A DNA stretch of 64,000 nucleotides from Tagaea sp. (GTDB lineage: Bacteria > Pseudomonadota > Alphaproteobacteria > CACIAM-22H2), in NCBI GenBank assembly GCA_965279525.1, contig CBDIIB010000005.1:992001-1056000 (forward strand). The letters are read 5' to 3'. Positions 30,459 through 39,798 of this stretch are shown here, one piece after another. The notes beneath the pieces are model-generated. The model was not told the origin of the DNA and did not search any database. It saw only the letters and a program-made list of their open reading frames with translations. Each line of letters opens with the position of its first letter. The stretch's first letter is position 1. A program made the translations under genes and the position numbers.

Positions 30459-31322
30459 ATGCTGACCGTCAAGCCGCTGTCCCCGGTTCTGGGCGCCGAA
30501 ATCGCCGGCGTGGATCTCGGCAGGCCGCTCGACGACGCCACCGTCGCGGCGATCGAGACGGCGCTCGACGACCATCTCGTCGTCGTGCTGCCCGGCCAGA
30601 CGCTGACGCCGGCGGCGTTCACGGATTTCGCGCGGCGCTGGGGCCGGCCCGAGCCGCACGTGATCGACCAGTTCCACCATCCGGCAAGTGCGGACATCCT
30701 GATCCTGTCCAATGTCCGGCACGCCGGGCGGCCGGTCGGGCTGGAAGATGCCGGCTCGTACTTCCACACCGACTATTCCTATCTCGACGTGCCGGCACGC
30801 TGCACGATGCTCTATGCGATCCAGATGCCGGCGAGCGGCGTCAATCTCGGCACGACCTTCGCCAACCAGCGCCAGGCGTGGGAGGATCTCGATCCCGCCC
30901 TCAAGAAGCGCATCGACGGGCTGGTTGGCCGGCACCATTACGGCAACCGCGACAATCTCGACGAGACGACGCGCACCGTGGCCTCTCCCCTCAATCAGGA
31001 CCAGAAGGCCCGGCTCGACTGGGTCCGCCACCCGGTCGTTCGCAGCCATCCGCGCACCGGCCGCAAGACGCTCTACTCGATTTCCGGCAGCTCGTTCGGG
31101 ATCGAGGGCATGGACGATTCCGAGGCCGTGAAGCTGCTCGACACGCTCAAGGTCCACGCCACGCAGCCCAAGTATCTCTACCAGCACCCCTACCGCGTCG
31201 GCGACGTGGTGATCTGGGACAATTGCTGCCTGCTGCACCAGGCCCCGCTGCCTGATCCGACCACGGCGCGCACGCTGTGGCGCATCACGGTCAAGGACAA
31301 GGGGCCGACGCTGGCGGCCTAG
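30459..31322 (+). CDS. TauD/TfdA-family Fe(II)/2-oxoglutarate dioxygenase
   Basis: LGAEIAGVDL, FHTDYSY (HxD), HPVVRSHP, IWDNCCLLH, RTLWR. Confidence 0.92.
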   Translation: MLTVKPLSPVLGAEIAGVDLGRPLDDATVAAIETALDDHLVVVLPGQTLTPAAFTDFARRWGRPEPHVIDQFHHPASADILILSNVRHAGRPVGLEDAGSYFHTDYSYLDVPARCTMLYAIQMPASGVNLGTTFANQRQAWEDLDPALKKRIDGLVGRHHYGNRDNLDETTRTVASPLNQDQKARLDWVRHPVVRSHPRTGRKTLYSISGSSFGIEGMDDSEAVKLLDTLKVHATQPKYLYQHPYRVGDVVIWDNCCLLHQAPLPDPTTARTLWRITVKDKGPTLAA

Positions 31323-31386
31323 GTCCGGCCCGCCGATTCCTCCGATTGCACCACGAGAGGCTTTCGGCTAGTTTCCCGGCCGGTGA

Positions 31387-31463
31387 GCGCCCGTAGCTCA
31401 GTTGGATAGAGTGTCAGCCTCCGAAGCTGAAGGTCGCGCGTTCGAGTCGCGCCGGGCGCGCCA
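31387..31463 (+). tRNA. tRNA-Arg(CCG)
   Basis: GCGCCCG acceptor stem; TAGCTCAGTTGGATAGAG D arm; anticodon arm TCAGC-CTCCGAA-GCTGA; GTTCGAGTC T loop; encoded CCA. Confidence 0.97.
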
Positions 31464-31523
31464 ATTTCCCCCTGATTTGCCTGGTTTGGCCCGGTGGGCC
31501 CCCTGCATTTGACGATTTTGCGG

Positions 31524-31547
31524 TTGTATACATATTATGTATGACAA
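31524..31547. promoter_or_regulatory. AT-rich palindromic operator candidate upstream of the flagellin
   Basis: TTGTATACATATTATGTATGACAA with perfect 7-bp arms ATACATA/TATGTAT. Confidence 0.45.
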
Positions 31548-31578
31548 TTGCGGTGCCGCGTCCGATTCGGGAGCGAGC

Positions 31579-32760
31579 ATGTCGAACTCCGTCAACACGA
31601 ACGCCCAGCTTTACTCGGCCCTCGGCGCGTTGAATACGGCGCGGACGACGGCTGACCGCGCCGAAAAGCGGATCCAGACGGGACTTGAGGTCGCGGACGC
31701 GTCGGACGACGCCGCCATCTTCGCTGTTTCCCAGCAGCACCGCGCCGACGTCCAGAGCTGGGAACAGGTCATGCGCGCCCAGGGCCCGGCGACGGCCGCG
31801 GTCACCGGCGCGTCGGTCGCCCTCAAGTCGATCTCGGACCTCGTCAACCAGCTGAAGGCGACCGTCATCGCCTATGCCGGTGCGACCGGTCCCGGCCAGC
31901 AGGCGATCTACAACAACGAGGCCAACCAGCTCCTGGCACAGATCAACTCCGTCGTGGCGACGTCGACGGTCAACGACACGAACTTGCTATCACAGGGCGA
32001 CATCGGCTCGTCGACGGCGCCGAACACCGGCAGCGTTTCGCTGGGCGCACCGGCGAGTTCGGCAGGCGGCTTCGGGCTCAGCACCACGACGTATCCGCTG
32101 CCTCTGGGGACGCCCGGCACCGTCGTGCTGCGCTACGAGATGTACGGCGCACCCGATGGTGCCGCACTCGTCTATAACGGCGGGACGGTCGCCACGACCG
32201 GCGGTCTCGTTTCCGGCTCGGGCGTGCTCACCTTCGATTATGCCGGCGGCGCGCCCGCCAGCATCGACGTGGAAATGGATGGCGGGTCGGTCGGCACGGC
32301 ATGGTCCTTCACGCTCGAGTTCGTCATGCCCACGCTCGTCGGCGCACCCAGCGCGCAGCCCACCGGCAGCTACAAGGTCATCGCGGACCCGCAGGGCAAC
32401 CAGACCTCGATCCGCACGGTCGACGCGACGACGACGGGCCTCGGTCTCAATCCCTGGTCGATCACGCCGACGGCGACGGCGCTGACGGCCGTCGATTACG
32501 CGCAGGAGCTTCTCGGGGTCCATATGGGTTACTACGCCGAGCGCACGCGCACGCTCGAGTCGGTGGCGCAGAACGCGCGCGTGTCGATGGACGCGATCGT
32601 CACCGGCCTTGGGGCACTCGCCGACGCCGACATCGGCAAGGCACAGGCGATGGCGATCGCCGCACGCGCGCGCATCGATCTTGCCCAGCAGGGTGTGGGC
32701 ATCGCCAACAAGCAGCAGCAGGCGATCCTCGGATTCCTGCAAGGCGCCAGGGGCGGCTAG
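31579..32760 (+). CDS. Divergent flagellin with an inserted beta-rich domain
   Basis: N-terminal SVNTN...RIQTGLEVADASDDAAIFAV; C-terminal GLGALADADI...IANKQQQAILG. Confidence 0.85.
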   Translation: MSNSVNTNAQLYSALGALNTARTTADRAEKRIQTGLEVADASDDAAIFAVSQQHRADVQSWEQVMRAQGPATAAVTGASVALKSISDLVNQLKATVIAYAGATGPGQQAIYNNEANQLLAQINSVVATSTVNDTNLLSQGDIGSSTAPNTGSVSLGAPASSAGGFGLSTTTYPLPLGTPGTVVLRYEMYGAPDGAALVYNGGTVATTGGLVSGSGVLTFDYAGGAPASIDVEMDGGSVGTAWSFTLEFVMPTLVGAPSAQPTGSYKVIADPQGNQTSIRTVDATTTGLGLNPWSITPTATALTAVDYAQELLGVHMGYYAERTRTLESVAQNARVSMDAIVTGLGALADADIGKAQAMAIAARARIDLAQQGVGIANKQQQAILGFLQGARGG

Positions 32761-33779
32761 CGCCGCTTCGCGTCGGCCATCGCCTGCGCTTCCAGCGCCA
32801 GTTCCGTCACCGTGAACGCGTGCGACTGGACCATCGCCGTCTGCGTGCGCTCGCGGATGTCGGCGGCAAAGCGCGTGAAATAAGGCATGCCGGCCCGGCT
32901 TGCGTCGATGCGCTCGCAGCGGCTGCCGTTGACGAGGAACAGGTGGTCGGTGCCGGGCGCGCCGCCGACATCGACATATTTGCGAAGCTCGATCGTGCCT
33001 TCGGTGCCGAGCAGGACGAGGCGGCCGTCACCCCACGTGGGCAACGCGTCGGGCGTATACCAGTCGACCCGGATATAGCCGCGCCCCTGATCGCTTTTCA
33101 GCACGATCTCGCCGAAATCCTCGAAGCCGGGATGGGCGGGGTTGGCGTAGTTGTCGGAGTCGGCCGAAACGATACGGGCGGTCGTCGATCCGGTGAAGAA
33201 CAGGAACTGGTCGATCTGGTGCGAGCCGATATCGCACAGGATGCCGCCATGCGCCGCGCGGTCGTAGAACCACGCCGGGCGCAAATGCGCGTTGTGCCGG
33301 TGCGGCCCCAGCCCCACGGTCTGCACGACGCGCCCGATGGCGCCAGCCGCGACGAGATCGGCCGCCATCGTCACAGCCGGAACCTCGAAACGTTCGGAGA
33401 AGTTGACCGACCAGATGCGGCCGGTCTCGCCCACCGACTTGCGGAGTGCGGCCAGTTGCCCGGTCGAAACGCAGCCGGGCTTGTCGACCATCACGTCCTT
33501 GCCGTGCACCATCGCGGCGATGGCAAGCTCGGCGCGCGTCGACGGCACCGATGCGATCAGCACCAGGTCGATCGTCGCGTCCTCGAGGATCGCACGCCGG
33601 TCGGCCACGCGCGGCACCTTGGGGAAGCGCTCGCGGAATCCGGCGGCCGGGATCGGTTCGCCTTCGGTCCACCACGCCGCGGCCTCGCAGCCGGCATCGA
33701 GCATGCCCTGCAGCATGCCGTAGATGTGGCGATGGTCGATGCCGAGAACGCCGACGCGAAGCTTGCCGCCAGCACTCAT
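32757..33779 (-). CDS. Gfo/Idh/MocA-family oxidoreductase
   Basis: GIDHRHIY, GKDVMVDKPG, GGILCDIGSHQID; likely start MSAGGKL. Confidence 0.9.
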   Translation of the reverse strand: MSAGGKLRVGVLGIDHRHIYGMLQGMLDAGCEAAAWWTEGEPIPAAGFRERFPKVPRVADRRAILEDATIDLVLIASVPSTRAELAIAAMVHGKDVMVDKPGCVSTGQLAALRKSVGETGRIWSVNFSERFEVPAVTMAADLVAAGAIGRVVQTVGLGPHRHNAHLRPAWFYDRAAHGGILCDIGSHQIDQFLFFTGSTTARIVSADSDNYANPAHPGFEDFGEIVLKSDQGRGYIRVDWYTPDALPTWGDGRLVLLGTEGTIELRKYVDVGGAPGTDHLFLVNGSRCERIDASRAGMPYFTRFAADIRERTQTAMVQSHAFTVTELALEAQAMADAKRR

Positions 33780-34849
33780 GCGCCGGAACCCGCGACGCGC
33801 ACGCGCGTACCGGTGCGCGCGGAATCGAGGATCGCGTCGATCAGGCGATGGACCTCGAGTGCCGAGCGTCCGGTGATCGAAGGGGCGCGCCCTGCCGCGA
33901 TCGCGGCGGCGAAATCCTCGATCACGGCGCGATGGGCGCCATGGTCGAAGGCCATCGGATCGGCACCGCCGCCGGTCGCCTGCTTCTGGCCGATTTCCTC
34001 GACCCGGCCGTCGCGCCACGAGACCGACAGGCTGCCGCCGCGGAAGATCGCCGAACCGTGCTCGGCATGGATCGCCAGCGTCTCGGAATCGCCGGGATAG
34101 GCTGCGGTCGTGGCCATGATCGAGCCTTGCGCGCCCATCCGGAATCGCACGCCTGCGGCGGCGAAGTCTTCGGTTTCCATCCGGTGCAGGCTCGTGGTGC
34201 CGGCCAGCGCCTGCACCTCGTCGATCGGCCCCAGCAGCGACAGCATCAGGTCGAGCGCGTGGATCGCCTGGGAGATCAGCACGCCGCCGCCGTCGCGCGC
34301 ATGCGTGCCGCGCCCCGGTTCGTCGTAATAGGCCTGCGGCCGCCACCACGGCACTTCGAGCCGGACCAGGCCGATGCGGCCGAGCCGCCCGCTTTCCAGC
34401 AGCGCCTTCAGCGCCAGCGAGGCCGGCCGCAGTCGATGCTGGAACACGATGCCGAGCGCCACGCCGGCACGCTCGGCGATGGCGACGATCTCCTCGGCCG
34501 CCTTCGTCGTCCGCTCGACGGGCTTCTCCATCAGGATCTGCTTGCCGGCATCCGCGAACAGGCGCACGGCATCGAGGCGCGCGTTGGGCGGAGTGAGCAG
34601 CAGCACGGCATCGAGTGCCGGATCGGCGGCAAGCGCTTCGAGGCTCGTCGCTTCCGGCAGGCCGTGCGTGCGCGCGAACGCCTGGCGGCGTGCCGCATCG
34701 CGCCCGTAGACACCACGCACCTCGACCCGCCCGTCGGCGAGATCCTTGAGGGCGAGCACATGCGGCTTGGATGCCATGCCGAGCCCGACGACGGCAATGC
34801 GCACGGGGCGACCTTCGATCTTGTTCACGCGATGCTTCTCCCCGTTCAT
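33776..34849 (-). CDS. Gfo/Idh/MocA-family oxidoreductase
   Basis: VVGLGM, LMEKPV, DGGGVLISQAIHALD. Confidence 0.9.
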   Translation of the reverse strand: MNGEKHRVNKIEGRPVRIAVVGLGMASKPHVLALKDLADGRVEVRGVYGRDAARRQAFARTHGLPEATSLEALAADPALDAVLLLTPPNARLDAVRLFADAGKQILMEKPVERTTKAAEEIVAIAERAGVALGIVFQHRLRPASLALKALLESGRLGRIGLVRLEVPWWRPQAYYDEPGRGTHARDGGGVLISQAIHALDLMLSLLGPIDEVQALAGTTSLHRMETEDFAAAGVRFRMGAQGSIMATTAAYPGDSETLAIHAEHGSAIFRGGSLSVSWRDGRVEEIGQKQATGGGADPMAFDHGAHRAVIEDFAAAIAAGRAPSITGRSALEVHRLIDAILDSARTGTRVRVAGSGA

Positions 34850-35613
34850 TCGGCGACCACCGGATTGCGCAGGATGCCGACCTCGGGGATCTCGATCTCG
34901 ACCGTGTCGCCGGGCCGGACCGGGCCCACGCCCGACGGCGTGCCGGTCATGATGACGTCGCCCGGCAGCAGCGTGATGGCGCTGCTGATATGCGCCACGA
35001 GCCGGGCGATCGAATAGACGAGGTCGGACGTGTTCGAATGCTGGCGCTCGACGCCGTTGACCCGCGCGATGATCTCGATGTCGGCCGGATCGAGATCGGT
35101 CTCGATCGCCGGGCCGAGCGGATTGAAGCTGTCGAACGCCTTGCCGATGACGAGACAGCCCTGCTTCATCTCGGCCGCCTGGATCACCCGCTCGCTGACG
35201 TCGTTGCCGCAGGTGTAGCCGAGGATGTGTTCGCGCGCGTCCTTCTCCGCGATGCGGCGCCCACCCTTGCCGATCACGACGGCGACTTCGGCCTCGAAAT
35301 GGACGTTCTCGCCTTCGCGCGGATAGACGATGGGATCGTCCGGCCCGATCACCGCCGAGGCCGGTTTCATGAACAGCATCGGGACGGCCGGCAACGGCAG
35401 GTTCATCTCGCGCGCATGGTTCACGTAGTTGAGACCGGCGCCGTAGATGTTTCTCGGCACGACCGGTGACAGGAGCCGGACCTGGCTCACATGCGCGGTC
35501 CTGCCGTTCGGGACAAGGCTTTCGAACGGCGAGCCGGCGAGCTGGCGGATCGTGCCGTCGCGGTCGAGAAGGCCATGGCGGATTTCAGGATCGGCATAGC
35601 GGACGATGCGCAT
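34846..35613 (-). CDS. Fumarylacetoacetate hydrolase-family protein
   Basis: GLNYVNH, LFMKP, HFEAEVAVVIGK, GNDVSER, GDVIMTGTPSGVG. Confidence 0.93.
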   Translation of the reverse strand: MRIVRYADPEIRHGLLDRDGTIRQLAGSPFESLVPNGRTAHVSQVRLLSPVVPRNIYGAGLNYVNHAREMNLPLPAVPMLFMKPASAVIGPDDPIVYPREGENVHFEAEVAVVIGKGGRRIAEKDAREHILGYTCGNDVSERVIQAAEMKQGCLVIGKAFDSFNPLGPAIETDLDPADIEIIARVNGVERQHSNTSDLVYSIARLVAHISSAITLLPGDVIMTGTPSGVGPVRPGDTVEIEIPEVGILRNPVVAE

Positions 35614-35628
35614 GGTGCGGCTTTCCTG

Positions 35629-36912
35629 TCAGGTCTTCGGGACGGGCAATGCACCCCATCCCGCAAAGGCGGCCTTGCCGGCCAGATGTTCTTCAAGCCG
35701 CAGAAGCTCGTTCCATTTCGCGGTGCGCTCGCCGCGCGTGATCGAACCGACCTTTATCTGGCCGGCGTTCCAGCCGACCGCGAGATGCGCGATCGTCGTG
35801 TCTTCCGTCTCGCCCGAGCGGGCCGACACGATGGCGGCGATGCCGCCAGCGTTCGCAGCTTCGAGTGCGGCCAGCGTCTGCGTCACCGTGCCGATCTGGT
35901 TGGGCTTGATCAGCGCGCAGTTGACGAGCCCGCGGCGTGCCGCATCCGCCACGCGGGCAGGATCGGTCACCAGCAGGTCGTCGCCGACCACCTGCACGCG
36001 GCTGCCGACGGCTTTCGTGAACTTGCGGAAGCCCTCCGGATCGTCCTCGGCAAGCGGGTCTTCGATCGACAGGATCGGATAGCGTTCGACCCAGCGGACC
36101 ATCATCTCGCACATCGCGTCGCTGTCGAGTTCCCGATTCTCCAGTCCAAGCTTGTAGCGGCCCTTGCGGCCGAACTCGGAAGCCGCGATGTCGAGTGCAA
36201 TGTGTACCTCGTGGCCGGGCGTGTAGCCGGCTTTCTCGATCGCGGTCACGAGCAGGTCGAGGCCTTCCTCGTTCGTCGCGAAGGCAGGCCAGTGGCCACC
36301 TTCGTCGGCCACGCCTTGCGTGCGGCCGCTGTCGCGCAGCAGCCGACGCGCGGCGTGATAGACCTCGGCCGTGCGGTCGAGCGCTTCGGCAAAGCTGCCG
36401 GCCGACGGGCACACGACGAGGAAATCCTGCACGTCGACGCGCCGGCCGGCATGGGCGCCGCCGCCGAAGATCTGGATCTCGGGCAGCGGGATTCGCATGG
36501 GCCGTCCCCTGGCCAGATGCGCGAAGAGCGGCACGCTGGCGTCAGCAGCGGCGGCGTGAAGCACGGCCATCGACACGGCGATGACCGCATTGCCGCCCAG
36601 ACGCTTCTTCTGCGCGGTGCCGTCGAGTTCGATCAGGATCGCGTCGATGGCCGCCTGATCCGACGCATCGCACCCCTTGAGCGCTGCCGCGATCTCGCCG
36701 TCGACATTGGCGACCGCCTTGCGCACGTCGAGCCCTTCGAACGCCGTCCCGCCGTCGCGCAAGTCAGCCGCCTCGCCCGAGCCCATCGAAGCGCCCGCGG
36801 GTGCGATCGCCCGGCCGACCGCACCGCCCGCAAGCGTCACCTCGGCTTCGACCGTCAGCCGGCCGCGCGAGTCCCACACGCGCCGTCCATGCACCGATGC
36901 GATCTTCGTCAT
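35629..36912 (-). CDS. Enolase paralog (phosphopyruvate hydratase family, divergent active site)
   Basis: DSRG, LDGT..K.RLGGNA, DEGG, LDIAASEF, SIEDP, VGDDL, IKPNQIGT, RSGETED, RGERTAKWN. Confidence 0.9.
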   Translation of the reverse strand: MTKIASVHGRRVWDSRGRLTVEAEVTLAGGAVGRAIAPAGASMGSGEAADLRDGGTAFEGLDVRKAVANVDGEIAAALKGCDASDQAAIDAILIELDGTAQKKRLGGNAVIAVSMAVLHAAAADASVPLFAHLARGRPMRIPLPEIQIFGGGAHAGRRVDVQDFLVVCPSAGSFAEALDRTAEVYHAARRLLRDSGRTQGVADEGGHWPAFATNEEGLDLLVTAIEKAGYTPGHEVHIALDIAASEFGRKGRYKLGLENRELDSDAMCEMMVRWVERYPILSIEDPLAEDDPEGFRKFTKAVGSRVQVVGDDLLVTDPARVADAARRGLVNCALIKPNQIGTVTQTLAALEAANAGGIAAIVSARSGETEDTTIAHLAVGWNAGQIKVGSITRGERTAKWNELLRLEEHLAGKAAFAGWGALPVPKT

Positions 36913-37937
36913 GTGCCGCTCCGTCCTGTCTGTGCGAGCCGCGCGGCCCATGCATCGCGGACCGCACCAAGCGATTCGGGCGGTCGTGCGACGAGCGGGA
37001 TCGCGACGCCGCGCACCAGATCGCGATCATCGTCCCGCACGATGTACTCGACCGGCGACTTGCCGTCGATGCGCGCCAGCAGCAGGGCCGGCAGCAGGTG
37101 TGCCGTGCGCGTCTCTATCTCGCGATCGCCCGGCCCTTGGAAATAGGCGGCCTTGAGCGCGTCGAACGCGGCGAGCAGCGGCCCGGTCGCCGCACGGTTC
37201 CACACGCATTTGAGCAGAAGATGATTGAGACAGAAGGCGAGATCGAACGCCGGATCGCCGTACCAGGCGCATTCGGCATCGAGGAAGACGGGACCCGTCG
37301 GGCCGGCAAGGATGTTCTTCGGGCTGACGTCGCCATGCACGAGTGCCTGATGGCAGGCGAGCGTGCGGCGCGACAGCGCGAACAGGCGTTCGGCCACTGC
37401 CGGATGCCGGGCGGCGGTCGCCTCGAGATAGGGCTCCAGCCGGATCGCGTGGAACGTGTCATCGAGCGCGAAGCGCTTCGCGACGCTGGCGTCGCCGGCA
37501 GTCGCGGCATGGATGCGGGCAAGCGCCTTCCCGACGGAACCCGCGAACGCGATGTCGACTTGTCCGTCGCGCAGTTGGGATTTCCAGACCGGGTACCGGT
37601 CCGGCGGCAGAAAATCCATCGCGAACAGGCCGGATGCCGGATCGTGGAACAGGATCTCCGGCGCGCAGCCGGGCACGATCCGGGCCGCGATGCGCAGCCA
37701 GTCCGCCTCGGCAGCGTTGCGGCTGACCGGTGCGCGCCAGTCGGCGGCGACCCTGAGCTTGGGCAAGGCACGCTTGACCGCGAAGCTGCGCGTACCCGCA
37801 TCGACCCGCCAGATGTCGGACGCGACTCCGCCAGTCAACGGTTCGAAGCGCACTTCGACACCGGCCGGGACGAGCCCGCCCGCGCGCAGCAGGGCTGCGA
37901 TCCCGTCGGTCGGCATGAGTTCGGGTTCAGCGCTCAT
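36909..37937 (-). CDS. APH/MtnK-fold phosphotransferase
   Basis: LTGGVASDIWR, AVKRALPKL, LVHGDVSPKNIL, FLDAECAWYGDPAFD. Confidence 0.88.
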   Translation of the reverse strand: MSAEPELMPTDGIAALLRAGGLVPAGVEVRFEPLTGGVASDIWRVDAGTRSFAVKRALPKLRVAADWRAPVSRNAAEADWLRIAARIVPGCAPEILFHDPASGLFAMDFLPPDRYPVWKSQLRDGQVDIAFAGSVGKALARIHAATAGDASVAKRFALDDTFHAIRLEPYLEATAARHPAVAERLFALSRRTLACHQALVHGDVSPKNILAGPTGPVFLDAECAWYGDPAFDLAFCLNHLLLKCVWNRAATGPLLAAFDALKAAYFQGPGDREIETRTAHLLPALLLARIDGKSPVEYIVRDDDRDLVRGVAIPLVARPPESLGAVRDAWAARLAQTGRSGT

Positions 37938-38875
37938 GCGACGCGGTGGAGCAGGGGTTCGCCGGCGGCAAGCCGCCGGCAGTTCTCGACGATGACGGCC
38001 ACGCTGCGCTTCCAGGTGCCGGCGGTCATCCAGGCGATATGCGGCGTCGCCACGACGTTCGGCAGCACGAAAAGCGGGTTGTCGGCCCGGGCGGGTTCCT
38101 GCGCGAACACGTCGAGTCCGGCAGCGGCCACATGGCCCGTGCGCAGGGCCGCAACAAGGGCGCCTTCGTCGATCAGCGGTCCGCGTGCCGTGTTGACAAT
38201 GATGGCACCGCGCTTCAGCCGCGCGAGCCGACCGGCATCCAGCAGGTTGCGCGTCTCGGGCGTCAAGGGTACATGCAGCGAAACGATGTCGGACCGCGCG
38301 AGCAGGTCGTCGAGCGCCACCAGTTCGACGTCGGCGTCCTTCGCGCGCGGCGAATGCGCGATCACGCTCGCACCCATCGCCCGAAGCACGCCCGCCAGCC
38401 GCCGCGCGACCGCGCCATAGCCGATCAGCCCGACGCAGGCCCCGTCGATCTCGGCCGCGGCGTCCAGATGGGTCTGCGCCGCCGGCCAGCCCTTGCCGGC
38501 GCGCAGGTCGGCATCGATGACGGGGATCCGCCGCAGGCAAGCCAGCATCAGGCCAAGCGCCAGCTCGGCAACCGCAGCGGTGTTGGTGCCGGGCATGTTG
38601 CACACGGCGATGCCGTTGCGCTTCGCGTGTTCGCGGTCGATCGCGTCGACGCCGACGCCGATCTTCTGGACGAGCTTCAGCGACGGTGCCGCAGACATGA
38701 TCGCGGCGGTGACCGGCGACAGCACGTGCAGCAGGACCTGCGCGTCGGCGATCTCGCGTTTCAGGCCGGCTTCGTCGCGCTCGTCGACGATGGCGATCCC
38801 GAGATGTCGCCGGTCCACGCCTTCCAGGATGCGGCGCACCGCGGGCGACGCGTCGTAGGGCAGGACGGCTTTCAT
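37934..38875 (-). CDS. D-isomer-specific 2-hydroxyacid dehydrogenase
   Basis: GVGVDAID, GLIGYGAV, LHVPLTPET, VNTARG, GLDVFAQEP, TPHIA. Confidence 0.92.
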   Translation of the reverse strand: MKAVLPYDASPAVRRILEGVDRRHLGIAIVDERDEAGLKREIADAQVLLHVLSPVTAAIMSAAPSLKLVQKIGVGVDAIDREHAKRNGIAVCNMPGTNTAAVAELALGLMLACLRRIPVIDADLRAGKGWPAAQTHLDAAAEIDGACVGLIGYGAVARRLAGVLRAMGASVIAHSPRAKDADVELVALDDLLARSDIVSLHVPLTPETRNLLDAGRLARLKRGAIIVNTARGPLIDEGALVAALRTGHVAAAGLDVFAQEPARADNPLFVLPNVVATPHIAWMTAGTWKRSVAVIVENCRRLAAGEPLLHRVA

Positions 38876-39795
38876 CTGCCGGCCAGGAATGCCGCGCGCC
38901 ACGCGTCGATCGCGGCATCGCTCGCCGCACCGTCGTGCGCGATCACGCGATAGCGCGCGCGCACCGGCTCGCCCTTGCGCAGCAGACGCTGGCGAAGACG
39001 GAAAGCGCCGACGCTGACCGCACCCCAGTCGGCGACGAACCACGACGCCTCCTCGTGGTCGCGCGGATCGGGGAAGACCGTCAGCCCGGCGACATTGCCG
39101 CCGCCGACGGGGCCGGAAAAGTCGACCCAGCTTGCACCTACGCCGCTCACGGCCTCGCCGCCAGTGCGCCCGCGATCGTCGCGCACCGTGCCGCCGAGCG
39201 AGGCAACCATGCTGTCGGCGACGCGCACGTTGAAGTAGGCGTGTCGCGTCGGGCCGATGGCGATGTCCCAGCTGTCGGTATGCAGGGTGGAGTCGACATC
39301 GATGATGTTGGCGTTGCCCGCGACACGGACCGTCAGACGGCGGTCTTCGCGCGCGACCAGCCGGCCCGATGCCGCACCCCATTCGACGGGGCCGCGCCAC
39401 TCGACGGTCTGCGCCAGCACCGCGTTGCCGAGCGGATCGTGCGACAGCTCGGTGGATTTCAGCAGCAGCGTCCCGGGTGCGCGGCCCTGGAACGTCTCGT
39501 CGACATAGAAGTTGTACGTGTACTCCTCGTAGCGGTCGCCGCCGACGGGAAAGCGCGCGTGCATGTGGTCGGCCGCGATCCACAGCGAATTGTGGTGCGG
39601 ATGGTCCGCGGGGCTTTCCGAGGTCACCGCGAAGCCGGCCGGCGTGAAGACCGGATAGGCATAGGGCCGCATGCGGCCCTGCGTGAGGCCGAGCACTGGC
39701 CTGCCGCGATGGCGCAGGATCTGGCGGTGCGTACGTGCGATGGCGCCGGGCGGAAGGGCGAGCGCATCGTCCGTCAGCGTGAATTCGTCGACCAT
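38872..39795 (-). CDS. DUF6807/'PmoA-like' beta-sandwich protein typical of sugar-catabolic clusters
   Basis: RPYAYPVFTPAG, DHPHHNSLW, WVDFSG motifs. Confidence 0.75.
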   Translation of the reverse strand: MVDEFTLTDDALALPPGAIARTHRQILRHRGRPVLGLTQGRMRPYAYPVFTPAGFAVTSESPADHPHHNSLWIAADHMHARFPVGGDRYEEYTYNFYVDETFQGRAPGTLLLKSTELSHDPLGNAVLAQTVEWRGPVEWGAASGRLVAREDRRLTVRVAGNANIIDVDSTLHTDSWDIAIGPTRHAYFNVRVADSMVASLGGTVRDDRGRTGGEAVSGVGASWVDFSGPVGGGNVAGLTVFPDPRDHEEASWFVADWGAVSVGAFRLRQRLLRKGEPVRARYRVIAHDGAASDAAIDAWRAAFLAGR

Positions 39796-39798
39796 CGT

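Noticed and set aside
32757-32760. Convergent genes sharing CTAG stop overlaps (also 47162-47165)
   Set aside because: Common in compact high-GC genomes; no further signal
38872-39795. Methane monooxygenase function implied by the 'PmoA-like' family name
   Set aside because: Soluble protein with no TM helices, in a sugar-acid operon, with no pmoBC
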